The translations under genes were made by a program, and so were the position numbers. Shown here piece after piece: positions 1 through 10,200 of a DNA stretch of 64,000 bases. Within the stretch, counting starts at the first letter, position 1; each line of letters begins with the position of its first letter. The notes beneath the pieces were generated by a model. It was not told the origin of the DNA. It did no database searches and saw nothing but the letters and a program-made list of their open reading frames with translations. Source of the DNA: Terriglobia bacterium (lineage in GTDB: Bacteria > Acidobacteriota > Terriglobia > Terriglobales > Acidobacteriaceae); the NCBI GenBank assembly GCA_963812465.1, contig CAWEVE010000012.1, positions 9,104 to 73,103 on the forward strand. Direction: 5' to 3'.

Positions 1-302
1 CAGTGAGAAGCGAAACCTGGAAATCGTTGAGGCAATATGCTCCATTCTCGACGACGCTTGTCCGAATGATCCCCGCGTGCCGCATCGGCAATTGATCACC
101 TTCGTGACCGATCGTCCAGGACACGACCGTCGCTACGCCATCGACGCGCGCAAGATCGAGCTCGAACTGGGCTGGAAGCCGCGTGAAAGTTTCGAAAGCG
201 GTATCCGCAAAACTGTGCAGTGGTATTTGCAGAACGAGCAGTGGGTGACAAGACGTGACCAGCGGCAGCTATCGGGAGTGGATCGCCGCGCAGTATTCCT
301 AG
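1..302 (+). pseudogene. rfbB: dTDP-glucose 4,6-dehydratase, 3' end (partial at window edge; frame break near 248)
   Basis: The frame is open from the window edge. [18 protein letters not shown]...[54 protein letters not shown] matches the RmlB/RfbB C-terminus. The canonical tail [17 protein letters not shown]-stop (stop 300-302) is present but in the next frame. One extra base near 248 therefore fuses this gene to rfbD in the ORF track. Confidence 0.85.
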
Positions 303-340
303 AAGGATCTGAAGTCCGGACTGCGAAGAGAATCTGCCGC

Positions 341-1177
341 ATGCGAATCACAATCTTCGGCGCCACTGGACTCCTGGGCAAAGCCCTGATGTCCGAATGG
401 ACGGATGACAGTGTGACAGGGTTCAGTTCGGCCGATGGCGACATCCGTGATGCCCAAAGCGTTCTCAATCTAGTCGGTCGCAGCCAGCCTGACTGGATCG
501 TCCTGGCGGCGGCGTACACCGATGTGGATGGCTGCGAGACTAACCGTGATCTGGCCTTCGATGTGAACTGCCGCGGCGCCGTGAACGTCGCGCAAGCCGC
601 CAGCCAGCAGGGCGCTCGCCTGCTTTTTCTCAGTACAGATTACGTCTTCGATGGAACCAAGGCGAGTCCCTACACGACCGACGATCCCCGCGCGCCCCGC
701 AGCGTCTATGGCAAATCGAAAGCGGAAGCGGAAGAGCGGCTAAGCGAGATCCTGCCGGATTGCTGCATCGTCCGGACTTCCTGGCTGTTTGGGGTGGGAG
801 GAAAATGCTTTCCCGACACCATTCTTAAATTGGCGGCGAGCCGTCCGCAGTTGGAGGTGGTGGGCGATCAGCGCGGCTCTCCCACCTACGTGGTTGATCT
901 CGCCCGCGCCATCATCCAGCTTTGCCGCAAGACAGCCCGCGGAATTGTGCACGCGACAAATCGAGGCGACTGTTCGTGGTTCGAGTTTGCCCGGGAAATT
1001 ATTTCAAGCGAAGGATTGGACACGGTTGTGCGCGAGACTACGAGCGACAAGTTCGTGCGCCCCGCCGAACGCCCTAAGTATTCCGTGCTCTCGCCCGTGA
1101 GTCTGCAGAAATATGGGGTTACCATGCCGGAGTGGCAGGACGCGCTGCAGCGATACTTGGTCGCGCGGAAATCGTAA
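341..1177 (+). CDS. rfbD: dTDP-4-dehydrorhamnose reductase
   Basis: ATG at 341. Contains the Rossmann motif [13 protein letters not shown], then STDYVFDG and the catalytic YGKSK motif. About 278 aa, RmlD-like over the full length. Confidence 0.9.
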   Translation: MRITIFGATGLLGKALMSEWTDDSVTGFSSADGDIRDAQSVLNLVGRSQPDWIVLAAAYTDVDGCETNRDLAFDVNCRGAVNVAQAASQQGARLLFLSTDYVFDGTKASPYTTDDPRAPRSVYGKSKAEAEERLSEILPDCCIVRTSWLFGVGGKCFPDTILKLAASRPQLEVVGDQRGSPTYVVDLARAIIQLCRKTARGIVHATNRGDCSWFEFAREIISSEGLDTVVRETTSDKFVRPAERPKYSVLSPVSLQKYGVTMPEWQDALQRYLVARKS

Positions 1178-1226
1178 ACCAAGAACCTCCAGCTTTTTGT
1201 CCATTGGAGAGAATGTCTGGCAATAA

Positions 1227-1415
1227 CTCAGTTTGAAAAATTCGTACCGTCGTTTACACGGGCGTCATCCCGAACGAAGTCGCTTCTCAGGCGTAGTGAG
1301 GGATCTCGCGTGCAGTGAGGCATGGATAGCCCCACGCAAGATCCCTCAGCCGGCTGAAATACGCCGGCTTTCGGGATGACCCCTTCGAGGGCTGAGTCAG
1401 AAATTCCAAACTGAG
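1227..1415. repeat. Nested palindromic intergenic element (family C, GTCATCC-YGA core)
   Basis: Three nested inverted repeats. Outer: ctcagtttgaaaaatt (1227-1242) pairs with gaaattccaaactgag (1400-1415). Middle: gtcatcccgaa (1264-1274) pairs with ttcgggatgac (1370-1380). Inner: gagggatctcgcg (~1299) pairs with cgcaagatccctc (~1335). Confidence 0.75.
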
Positions 1416-1455
1416 CCACTACCGAATGTTTTCGATAGGGTCCGCCGGGCGGCCT

Positions 1456-4045
1456 CTAGAGCTGCTGCAGCAGCGTGGCCGTCATCTTCTTTTGGTGCTC
1501 GCGATCCAGCTTGGCGCCGGCGCAGGTCACATGGAAAACGTCGCTGGCGGTTTGGCCCTGGGTTTCGATGATTGCGACTTCAATATTGCAGCCAAGTTCC
1601 GCCATGGTGGAACTGATGTCGTAAAGCAAGCCGGGGCGGTCCTGGGCAACGATCTCGATCAGGGTGCTGTGTTGCGAGCATTCGTTGTCGGTTTGAACGC
1701 TGGGCTCCGTTTTCACCTTCGCGCTTTGAGTTCCCGGCTTGAATTTTGCTTCCATCAGTTCAGCCACATTGATTTCGCCGGAAACTGCTTCGGAAAGATT
1801 TCGCTTCAGCCGATTTACCTCGGATGGGTTGAGCTCGAGCGTACGGAAGCGATCGGAAAATCGGAACATATCCAGCACCACACCGGCGCGGTTGGAAAAC
1901 GCTTCGGCCTTCAGGATATTCATTCCCCACGAGGAAAGCGTTCCCACGACGTGGGAAAAAAGACCCGGACAATCGAGCGTTAACAGCACCAGCTCGAAGT
2001 AACCCTCGCGACGCAGTATGTCGATCTGAGGTTCGTCATCCTTGAGTTTGAGCCGGTCGTACATCTGGCAGTGCGTAACAATTTCGGCGGGAGTGTGCAT
2101 CAACAGATAGCGTTTGGGAAAGCCTTCCAGAAACGAAGTAATGTGCTTTGGGTCGATCTCCCCCGCCGCAGCGACCACTTCCCTGATGCGCTCGCTGTTT
2201 GCCGTGTTCGCGGTCAGGCGCTGGTCGTCGACTGTTCGGCTGAGGTGATTGAATGCAGCCGCGTAGAGCTGCCACAGCAGCTCCGCCTTCCAGGGCGTGA
2301 GCGCCTCCGGGTTTACGGATTTGACGTCGGTGTAAGTCAGCAGGGTCAGCATCTTCAGCTGTTCCGTGGTTCCTACCGCCTCGCTGAACTCCGCCACCAC
2401 CTTGGGGTCGAAGATATCCTGCCGCCGGGTTGTGGCCGACATGCGCAAGTGGTTGGCGATCAGAAAGGTGACCGTTTCGCGCTCTGCCGGTTCCAGGCGC
2501 AGCCGGTCCAGCACAGCGGCTGCGGCTTGCAGGCTTCCTGCCACGTGATCGTCCACCTGCATGCCCTTGCCCACATCGTGCAACAGAATCGCCAGCAAGA
2601 GCAGATCAGGACGCTCAATTCCATCCAGGATTTCGCGGAATCGCCGCTCCAGTTCGGTGTCTGGAGTGTGCAGCGCGTGCACGTTTTCGATCGCAACCAG
2701 CGAATGCTCATCCACGGTATAGCGGTGGTAGTAGTCGCGAATCACCAGCGAATCCACGACCTTGAATTCGGGAAACAGGAGTACCAACACGCCCAGCCGG
2801 TGCATGGCGCGCAAAGCCGCTCCGGCATGAGGCGATATCAATATGCCGCGGAACTGCGACCAGATATCCGGCGCGTGCTCTACCCATGACTGCAGGCCAG
2901 GCAGCGCCGCTTCCACACATCTTTCCGTTTCTGCGGTCAGCTTCAAGCCGTGACGGCCGACAAACTCGAAAAGTCCGAAGAGCACAGCCGGATCCTGCAC
3001 CGAAGCCAGCCGACGAAGAGAGACCCGGCCTTCCACCACAGAAAAATCCGCATTGGACAAGCGCGACTTGCGATTTTCGAACAATTTGTATACGCCCGAG
3101 CGCGCCGCAGGCACTTCATCGAACAGCACGGTGAGCCGGTAAATCGAGCGCACGTGACGGAAGTAGGTTCGCATCCAGGCGGCGGGCGCGACCGGAATCG
3201 CATCCGCAAGCCCGATGCCCGCAGCCGCAGCCTCGGATTGCAGTTCGTAAGTCAGTCCATTCAAGTCCCGGCCCTGGCGATAATGCAGGAAACATCGAAC
3301 CGCCGAAAGAAAATCGAGGGCTGCATCGCACTCCTGGCGAAACGCTGCCGGCAGCAAATTCTCCGGCGCCGGCCATGTACCGGTCTTCTCCAGTTCCGAA
3401 ATCAAGCTAAGCCAACAGGCAACCTGATAGTCACGGAGACCGCCGGGGTAGTCTTTGATGTTGGGTTCCAGATGAAATATCGTGTGGCCGTATTTCTCGT
3501 GGCGGGCAGAAGTCAGATCCGTCAACCTCTGCTGCAACTCCAGGGCGTCACGAGCCACCATCTTCGGGATCAAACGCGACCGGAGTTGTTCAAACAGATC
3601 GGCATCGCCGCACAGATATCGGCAATCGAGCAGGGAGATGTTGAACTCCAGATTATCGCGATGGAGTTTGCCGCACTCTGCCAGAGACCGGGTGGTCGGG
3701 CTGACGCGCAAGTGCCGGTCCCACAGGGCCTGACTCACGCGTGAAATCGCCTGCTTTTGGGTGGTTTCGTTCAGGCGCTTCGTGCAGGAAAAGCACATCC
3801 ACATCGGAACAGGGGAAGAGGGACCTGCGGCCGTAACCGCCGAGCGCCGCAACACAAATCTTGTCCGCACCCGGCGAGCCTGCGGAATATCGGCTCCAGA
3901 GCTCACAGATGAGCGAATCGATGAGATCCGAACGCTCGCGGACGGCAGCCCGGCCGTTGTGGGACTGCTCGAATCTTTCACGTATGTTGTCGGACTCTGT
4001 CTGATATGCGTCTTGTGATATCGAGCTGTTCGCTAGCACTGCCAT
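1456..4045 (-). pseudogene. glnD: [protein-PII] uridylyltransferase/uridylyl-removing enzyme (frame break ~3775)
   Basis: ORF 3653-4045 carries the N-terminal nucleotidyltransferase motif (AALGGYGRRSLFPCSDVDVLFLHE). ORF 1456-3981 carries the HD domain (LLHDVGKG) and C-terminal ACT-like repeats. The two frames join at FLHEA / LNETTQKQAISR. Confidence 0.9.
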
Positions 4046-4075
4046 GAGACTCCGGTGGCCGGAAGCGGCGGCGCG

Positions 4076-4414
4076 CTAGAGTGCTGCCACTCCACGCTCT
4101 TGATTTCGAATCCGGATCACTTCATCGACCCGTGAAACGAAGATTTTACCGTCTCCGATTTTGCCCGTGGATGCTGTTTTTACGATAGCGTCTATCACCG
4201 AATCGACGAGGTTGTCGGGCAGGACCAGTTCGATCTTGATTTTGGGCAGAAGATCCACGCTGTATTCCCGGCCGCGGTAGGTCTCCGTATGACCTTTCTG
4301 CCTGCCATGGCCGCGCACATCGGATATGGTCATGCCCTCCACTCCCAACTCAGTCAAGGCCTCTTTCACCGCTTCAAATCTGGATGGCTGAATAATGGCT
4401 TCGAGTTTGGTCAT
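4076..4414 (-). CDS. glnK: Nitrogen regulatory protein P-II
   Basis: 112 aa with a full-length PII signature. T-loop GHTETYRGREY carries the uridylylatable Tyr. Lies immediately downstream of amtB. Confidence 0.95.
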   Translation of the reverse strand: MTKLEAIIQPSRFEAVKEALTELGVEGMTISDVRGHGRQKGHTETYRGREYSVDLLPKIKIELVLPDNLVDSVIDAIVKTASTGKIGDGKIFVSRVDEVIRIRNQERGVAAL

Positions 4415-4487
4415 CTGGTCCTCTCAGATCGCAAATTTTTCCGTGGCAGGGACGGTGGCGTTCCCTCCCTGCCCGGACATCGCTCAG

Positions 4488-6110
4488 TTACATCGTACCT
4501 GTGCGGATTAGAGGTTGCATTGTCATGTGAGCCTTCGGCGCAGCATGCGGCAGCTCCTGGCTCATGCCGCCGGGCGCCCCCAGGGCTGAAATGACGTATT
4601 CGGGATAGGCGGAAATTCCGTGCTCGTGCAGATCGAGCCCGTAAGCCTCGCCTTCCTCTGACACCCGCAGCAGGCCGGTAGCATTCACCGCCAGCATGAC
4701 CACCATGGAAACCGCAAACGTCGTAATCGCGATGGAGGCGCTGCCGATGGCCTGGGCAACGAGCACCTGGGTTCCGCCGCCATAGAACAGACCTTTCAGA
4801 ACGGCGGAGTTGTCCGGAGCGATCGGTCCGGTGACCCCGTACTTGCCACAGGCAAACAGTCCCAGCGACAGCGTTCCCCAGACACCACAAAGCCCGTGAA
4901 CCGGAACCGCGCCAATGGGATCGTCAATTCGCATCCATTCCAGCAGTTCGACGCCGAGAACTACCAGCACTCCCGCGACTCCACCCAGAAGGATGGCGCC
5001 AGTCGGGCTGACCCAGTAACAAGGACAGGTGATGGCAACCAGGCCGGCGAGAAATCCGTTCGTGGTGAAGCCTGCATCCCACTTCTTGCTGGACTTGAAC
5101 GCCCAGAACATGGCGGTCAAGCCTGCAGCACAGGCAGCCAGAGTGGTGTTCGCGGCCACGCGGCCAATACCTTCGAAGTCCATCGCGGAAAGCGTGCTCC
5201 CCGGATTGAAGCCGTACCAGCCAAACCACAGGATCAGACCGCCGGTCACGGCGATGGTCAAATCATGCGGCAGCATCGGGGCGCCGCCGTCCCGTTTGAA
5301 TTTGCGCCCCAGGCGTGGACCCAGGACGATGGAACCGGCCAATGCGACGCATCCACCAATCGTGTGCACGACGGTCGATCCGGCGAAATCATGGAATGAC
5401 ATTCCCGACGAAGCAAAAAAGTGGCCTTCACTACCCATCGTCGCCAGCCATCCATCCGGCCCCCAGGCCCAGTGACCAATGATGGGATAAATAAATCCGG
5501 AAACCGCGAAGCTATAGATGAGGTCGCCGACAAACCCGGTTCGGCCGATCATCGCTCCCGAAGTAATCGTCGAGCAAGTGTCGGCGAATGCGAACTGGAA
5601 GAGCCAGAATGCAAGAAAGGCAACTCCGGAACTTTCATAAGTTGACGGAACTCCTTGCAGGAAGAACCAGTGATATCCGATGAAGCCGTTGCCGTGGCTG
5701 AACATAAAAGCGAAACCGAATGCGTAGAAGATAAGGCCGCAAAGGCAGGTGTCGACGACGCACTCCATCAGCACATTGACCGTCTCGCGGGAGCGGCAAA
5801 AACCGGCTTCCAGCATGGTGAACCCGACCTGCATGCCGAAAACCAGGAAGGCGGCGATCAGCGTCCAGGCAGTGTTTAACGGATTGACCACGTCAGCAGC
5901 TTTGACCTCGGCGTCGGCGGCGAGGACATGGCTGAAGAGAACACCCGAAACGACAGTAATAATGAGCAAAACCAGACCGATTCCCAAGGCTTTGCCGGCC
6001 AGCAGAAGCCGGCCATACCGCCGCCACTCCGGGTCCCGCAACCGAACCGACAGCCTTGACAACTTTTGGGTCAAGGACAACCTTTGACCCCTTCTTGAGT
6101 CAACCGTCAT
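4488..6110 (-). CDS. amtB: Ammonium transporter (Amt family)
   Basis: 540-aa multi-pass membrane protein with Amt motifs (FVFGMQVGFTMLEAGF, AVHGLCGVWGTL). The N-terminal start is uncertain; there is no alternative Met before the first TM segment. Confidence 0.9.
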   Translation of the reverse strand: MTVDSRRGQRLSLTQKLSRLSVRLRDPEWRRYGRLLLAGKALGIGLVLLIITVVSGVLFSHVLAADAEVKAADVVNPLNTAWTLIAAFLVFGMQVGFTMLEAGFCRSRETVNVLMECVVDTCLCGLIFYAFGFAFMFSHGNGFIGYHWFFLQGVPSTYESSGVAFLAFWLFQFAFADTCSTITSGAMIGRTGFVGDLIYSFAVSGFIYPIIGHWAWGPDGWLATMGSEGHFFASSGMSFHDFAGSTVVHTIGGCVALAGSIVLGPRLGRKFKRDGGAPMLPHDLTIAVTGGLILWFGWYGFNPGSTLSAMDFEGIGRVAANTTLAACAAGLTAMFWAFKSSKKWDAGFTTNGFLAGLVAITCPCYWVSPTGAILLGGVAGVLVVLGVELLEWMRIDDPIGAVPVHGLCGVWGTLSLGLFACGKYGVTGPIAPDNSAVLKGLFYGGGTQVLVAQAIGSASIAITTFAVSMVVMLAVNATGLLRVSEEGEAYGLDLHEHGISAYPEYVISALGAPGGMSQELPHAAPKAHMTMQPLIRTGTM

Positions 6111-6429
6111 AGGATCGCTCCGTTACCTGATTTGTAAGAGATTTCGACCATCCACTCAACATTATTATGTGGGAATTACGATTCACGCTTGGACGCCGAA
6201 GCCACCAAGGCGAGTTTCCAGTAGTCGCACGGCCCACTACCCGAGAGTTGCACAGTAGCGCCCGTTCCCATTTCGAGTCCAATGCATAATTCTTTTCGCT
6301 TCTATCACAAATACTTTTGGAAAGCTTAACTTTCTGAGGGATAAGTGAAATACATACCGCGAGCGGGCGGGAGCAATTTGCCTAAGGACAGGGGGAGGCA
6401 TAGCGCGAGCGGCCGCTTTGCAGCCGGCC

Positions 6430-6445
6430 TGGCACAAATTTGGCA
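6430..6445 (+). promoter_or_regulatory. Candidate sigma-54 (-24/-12) promoter
   Basis: TGGCAC-AAATT-TGGCA has correct GG-N10-GC geometry and one mismatch to TGGCAC-N5-TTGCA. It sits about 50 nt upstream of the ATG at 6495, in an intergenic region. Confidence 0.5.
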
Positions 6446-6494
6446 GCGGAAACGATGCTTGCGCTTCGCATTGTTATCTTGGTACATTGGTACC

Positions 6495-6785
6495 ATGAGT
6501 CAGGATGGGCAACTCTCGATCGAGCGTGTGCAAACCGGAGTGCGGATTGAAAAACGCCTGCTCAAAGTGCTCAAGGCGTTCGCTGAGTACCGCGACCTCA
6601 CCCTGGGTGATCTGCTGGAAGGCATCGTCCTCCATGCATTTGACGGCAAGGCGCCCTTCAGCCGGGAGTCGCTCATACGGATCAAGGATCTGAAGAAGTT
6701 TTACGGCCTGGAGTTGGACTCGCGCGCCAGCCATCGCCTGAAGGAAAAGATTGGCGGGCAGACTTCGAGCAAGCGAGGCTCCTAA
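6495..6785 (+). CDS. Small hypothetical protein (possible ribbon-helix-helix fold)
   Basis: Internal ATG of track ORF 6345-6785. The upstream part of that ORF is Arg/Gly-rich and non-protein-like. MSQDGQLSIERVQTGVRIEKRLLKVLKAFAEYRDLTLGDLLEGIVLHAF has a strand-helix-helix-like pattern. The fold assignment is inference only. Confidence 0.55.
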   Translation: MSQDGQLSIERVQTGVRIEKRLLKVLKAFAEYRDLTLGDLLEGIVLHAFDGKAPFSRESLIRIKDLKKFYGLELDSRASHRLKEKIGGQTSSKRGS

Positions 6786-6824
6786 TTCTGCACTTTCGGT
6801 TCAATTCAATGACGGACCAGGCTT

Positions 6825-7226
6825 ATGACGGATCAGGAACTGATGGATCAATTCGATCGCGGGACGCTTCCCAACGAATGCTTTCATCATCGGGAGCACG
6901 TTCGGGTAGCGTTTCTGTACCTCTCTCTGTATCCGGCTCTTGAGGCGATTCAATTGTTCTCCAAAGCCCTGCAAAAGTTCGCAGCGGCCCACGGAAAACC
7001 ACAGCTCTATCACGAGACCATAACCTGGGCGCTCATGTTCCTGATCCGGGAGCGCATGGCGCGATCCGGGACCCAACCGACCTGGGATGAGTTTTCCCGG
7101 AACAATGCCGATCTGTTGACCTGGGAGAATCGGCTTCTAAGTCGATATTATCGCGAGGAGACGCTCGCCTCGGAACTGGCGAGGGCTGTCTTTATTTTCC
7201 CGGACAGGCCGCTCATGCCGGCATAG
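6825..7226 (+). CDS. Hypothetical protein (133 aa)
   Basis: Clean ORF with protein-like composition, 40 nt after the previous gene. No family recognised. Confidence 0.6.
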   Translation: MTDQELMDQFDRGTLPNECFHHREHVRVAFLYLSLYPALEAIQLFSKALQKFAAAHGKPQLYHETITWALMFLIRERMARSGTQPTWDEFSRNNADLLTWENRLLSRYYREETLASELARAVFIFPDRPLMPA

Positions 7227-7269
7227 ACCGCCGGGGTGGGTAGTTCCGGCGAAAAGCGCCGATGCCGAT

Positions 7270-10200
7270 TTACGCGGCGCTTCCATAGAGTTCACCCATC
7301 GACAACACACTGGTTGCGGGTTTTTCGTGCAAAAGAAGTTCTGTCGCCTGAACCCGCCGGTCATTGTGGAACCAGCGTTGCACCACGCCATCATGGAGGA
7401 AATTCGCCATGGCCAGCAGGCTCATCCCCTGATGGTGGGCCATCCAGCAGCGCACCAATTCGTGGCGATGACGCCAGGAGTGGCGGCCGGAAGACGAATA
7501 ATCGGCGGCTTCATAGAATCCGTAAGCGCCCAGCCATCCGTCGGCCGCCATACGCCGCAGATTGCGCAACGCCGCCGGCGCATCTACGTGCAGCGCGAGG
7601 AAGGTGGAATACGGCGAGATAACCAGCCACTCCGCCTCTTCATTGCGCAGGGCGAGGCGAGGAAGACCGAACGCCTGGTATTGATAATTTCCTGCTTCAT
7701 CTCTCTTGGCGTACGCCGATTCCGAAATTCCCCAAGGCACGCCCTTCTCCCCGGCATAAATCTGCTGTAATCGCACCGCCGCCGTGCGCGAATTGTCCAG
7801 CAACGTGTTGGGGTAGGTGCGCATCCACAGCACCGGCATCAGGTACTCGAACATGGTTCCAGTCCAGGAGAGTAGAACCGGAAGCCCGTGCTCGCGGGTG
7901 TGCGACCTGCCCAAAAGAAACCAGACGTCCTGCGGGATATCGTCCTTGGCGATCGCGATAAATACCGCGATGCGAGCCTCTGACGCCAGCAAATCGTAAC
8001 AAGCCGCTGCCAGTTTGCCGGCCTCGACATCGAAACCGAGGGACAGCAACTTGCGCCGCGGGTCGAGCATGAAGCGGAAATCCATGTCGTCGGCGAACTT
8101 TCCTGCTGTACTCGCGACTTGCTTGAGCTGCTTGATCAGATCCAGCGCCCGCGAGCGCGCTTCCGGCAACATGGCTTGCAGCCGCTGATAAAGCGCCTTG
8201 CGGTCCCCGGAGCCATTGGCATGATCGAGGGCAAACTGCAGACGGGAGGTCAGGGTGTCCACAACCTCCGGCAATCTTTCCAGCGTCAAGCTCTGTGCAT
8301 CGAACTTGAAATTCAGCGTGGAATCATTCCACAGCGGAACAAACTCGGGCAGCATCCACGGCGCATACACCTGCACCGCTTTCCGGAGATTCCGTAACCG
8401 TGAGAGAGACTCAGCCGCGAACCATCGCACCTCAGCCTCGTGTTTCGGATCCACGTCGGCGGAATCGATTTCCAGCAATCCCTCTTCGGACGGAGCCAGC
8501 AGTCGCTGCAGCCAGCTTTTTTTCTTCATCTGCGCCTGGAATATTCTGAAGCGCTTCGGGGAGAAGGCATGACGCTCCACCAGAATCCTGAGATGATCCG
8601 CCAGGCCGTTCGCAAGTTGCGGTTCGAGCAAGGGACGATGCAAAAGATCCAGACAACCCTGCTGCAGAGTCCAGAGCGATGCCACCAGGTTGCCGCTGTC
8701 CACCGCAGACGCGAACCGGGGCTTAAGCGGTTCGAGAGTGCGGGTGTCATACCAGTTGAACAAGTGCCCGTGAGATTTCGGGAGCTTCGCCATGGTGGCC
8801 AACGTCCGCAAAGTCTGCTCGGCAAATTCAGGGACGGTCAGAAATCCAAACTCACAAGCCACTTGCCGGGCATTCAGAAGGAAGCCGAGATTGGTGGGGG
8901 AAATCCGAGCCGCGATCGCGGGCGGTTCCTCCTGCACATTGTCAGGAATCAGCCAGTTGTGCTCGGCGGTGCTGAACTCGGCGAAATATCTCCAGGTACG
9001 AAGCGCGGCGCCGCTGAGAAATAACTCGTCCTTATCGGAGGTCTCGTTGTCGGTCGGGTGCGAAGGCAGGTTCAGCCACATCGAAATCCATTTACTGCAA
9101 GCCCAGAGCAGCAAGATGGGGAGGGCTGCGTAAAAGGCGCGGTGGCGGGCGAAGAACACCAGAACGCCCAATCCCAGGGCCAGCACCGGCATCCAGTCAA
9201 GATAGATATCAACCGGAGTGCGCTTGCGTGCACTCAATTCCGTTTCCGCCGCGGTTTCCCATTCGAGCAGCCGCCGGCGCGTCACCAGCCGCCGCACCAG
9301 CGTCCGCACCACCGCGTCGAGCGCAAGCAACATCTGGTGCGGCAGGAAACACAGAGTGAAAAATATGCCGGCGTTGGACGTAATCAGGGCGGAGCGGGCG
9401 TCCTTGATCATCTCCGGTTTGCGCTCGACCGCGGCTTTCACCAGGGTGAACACGAACTGAAACCATGCCGGCGCGAACAGGATTGCGATCGTCGCCAAAG
9501 TCCAGTACACCGGATTTCCCGGGAGGATGAGCCATCCAAACACCAGCAACAGAAATGTTGCAGGCTCCACCAGGCTGCGCCGCAGATTATCCAGAATCTT
9601 CCACTGCGAAACCAGCGAGATTGGATTCGGAACCTTGCGGCCCGATTCGTCCGGCACCTTCGACAACAGCCATCCCGTGATCTGCCAGTCGCCTCGCAGC
9701 CAGCGGTGTTTGCGGCGGTTGTAAGCGCTGTAGTGCGAAGGATAGTCTTCAATGATTTCGATGTCGGTGGCCAGGCCGGCGCGTGCATAAGCGCCTTCGA
9801 TCAGGTCATGGCTGAGCAGCGCATTGCGCGGGAACCGGCGCTCCAGTACCTGCTGCACCGTGTCCACTTCATAAATCCCCTTCCCGGCAAAAATGCCTTC
9901 GCCGTAGAGATCCTGATAGACGTCGGAGATGGCGCGAGTATAGATATCAAAACCGGTCTCACCCGAGTACAGGCTGGCCAGCCGGGAGCGGGAGGCGCTC
10001 TGCACGCTGACTCCCGACGCGGGGCTGCAAAATGCCGTAGCCGGCAACGACAATATTCTTTTCCGGATCCGGATCGATGATCGCCTGATTCAAGGGATGG
10101 GCCATCGCTCCGATCATCCGATCAGCCGAGCCGCGGGGCAATTCGGTGTCCGCATCCAGCGTGATCACGAATCGAATCCGCGGCAATATGGAAAGATCTC

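Noticed and set aside
6249-6264. A possible minus-strand sigma-54 site upstream of amtB. The reverse complement reads GGGCGC-TACTG-TGCA.
   Set aside because: Only the GG and GC dinucleotides and their spacing fit. Most flanking consensus positions are mismatched, so it cannot be distinguished from chance.
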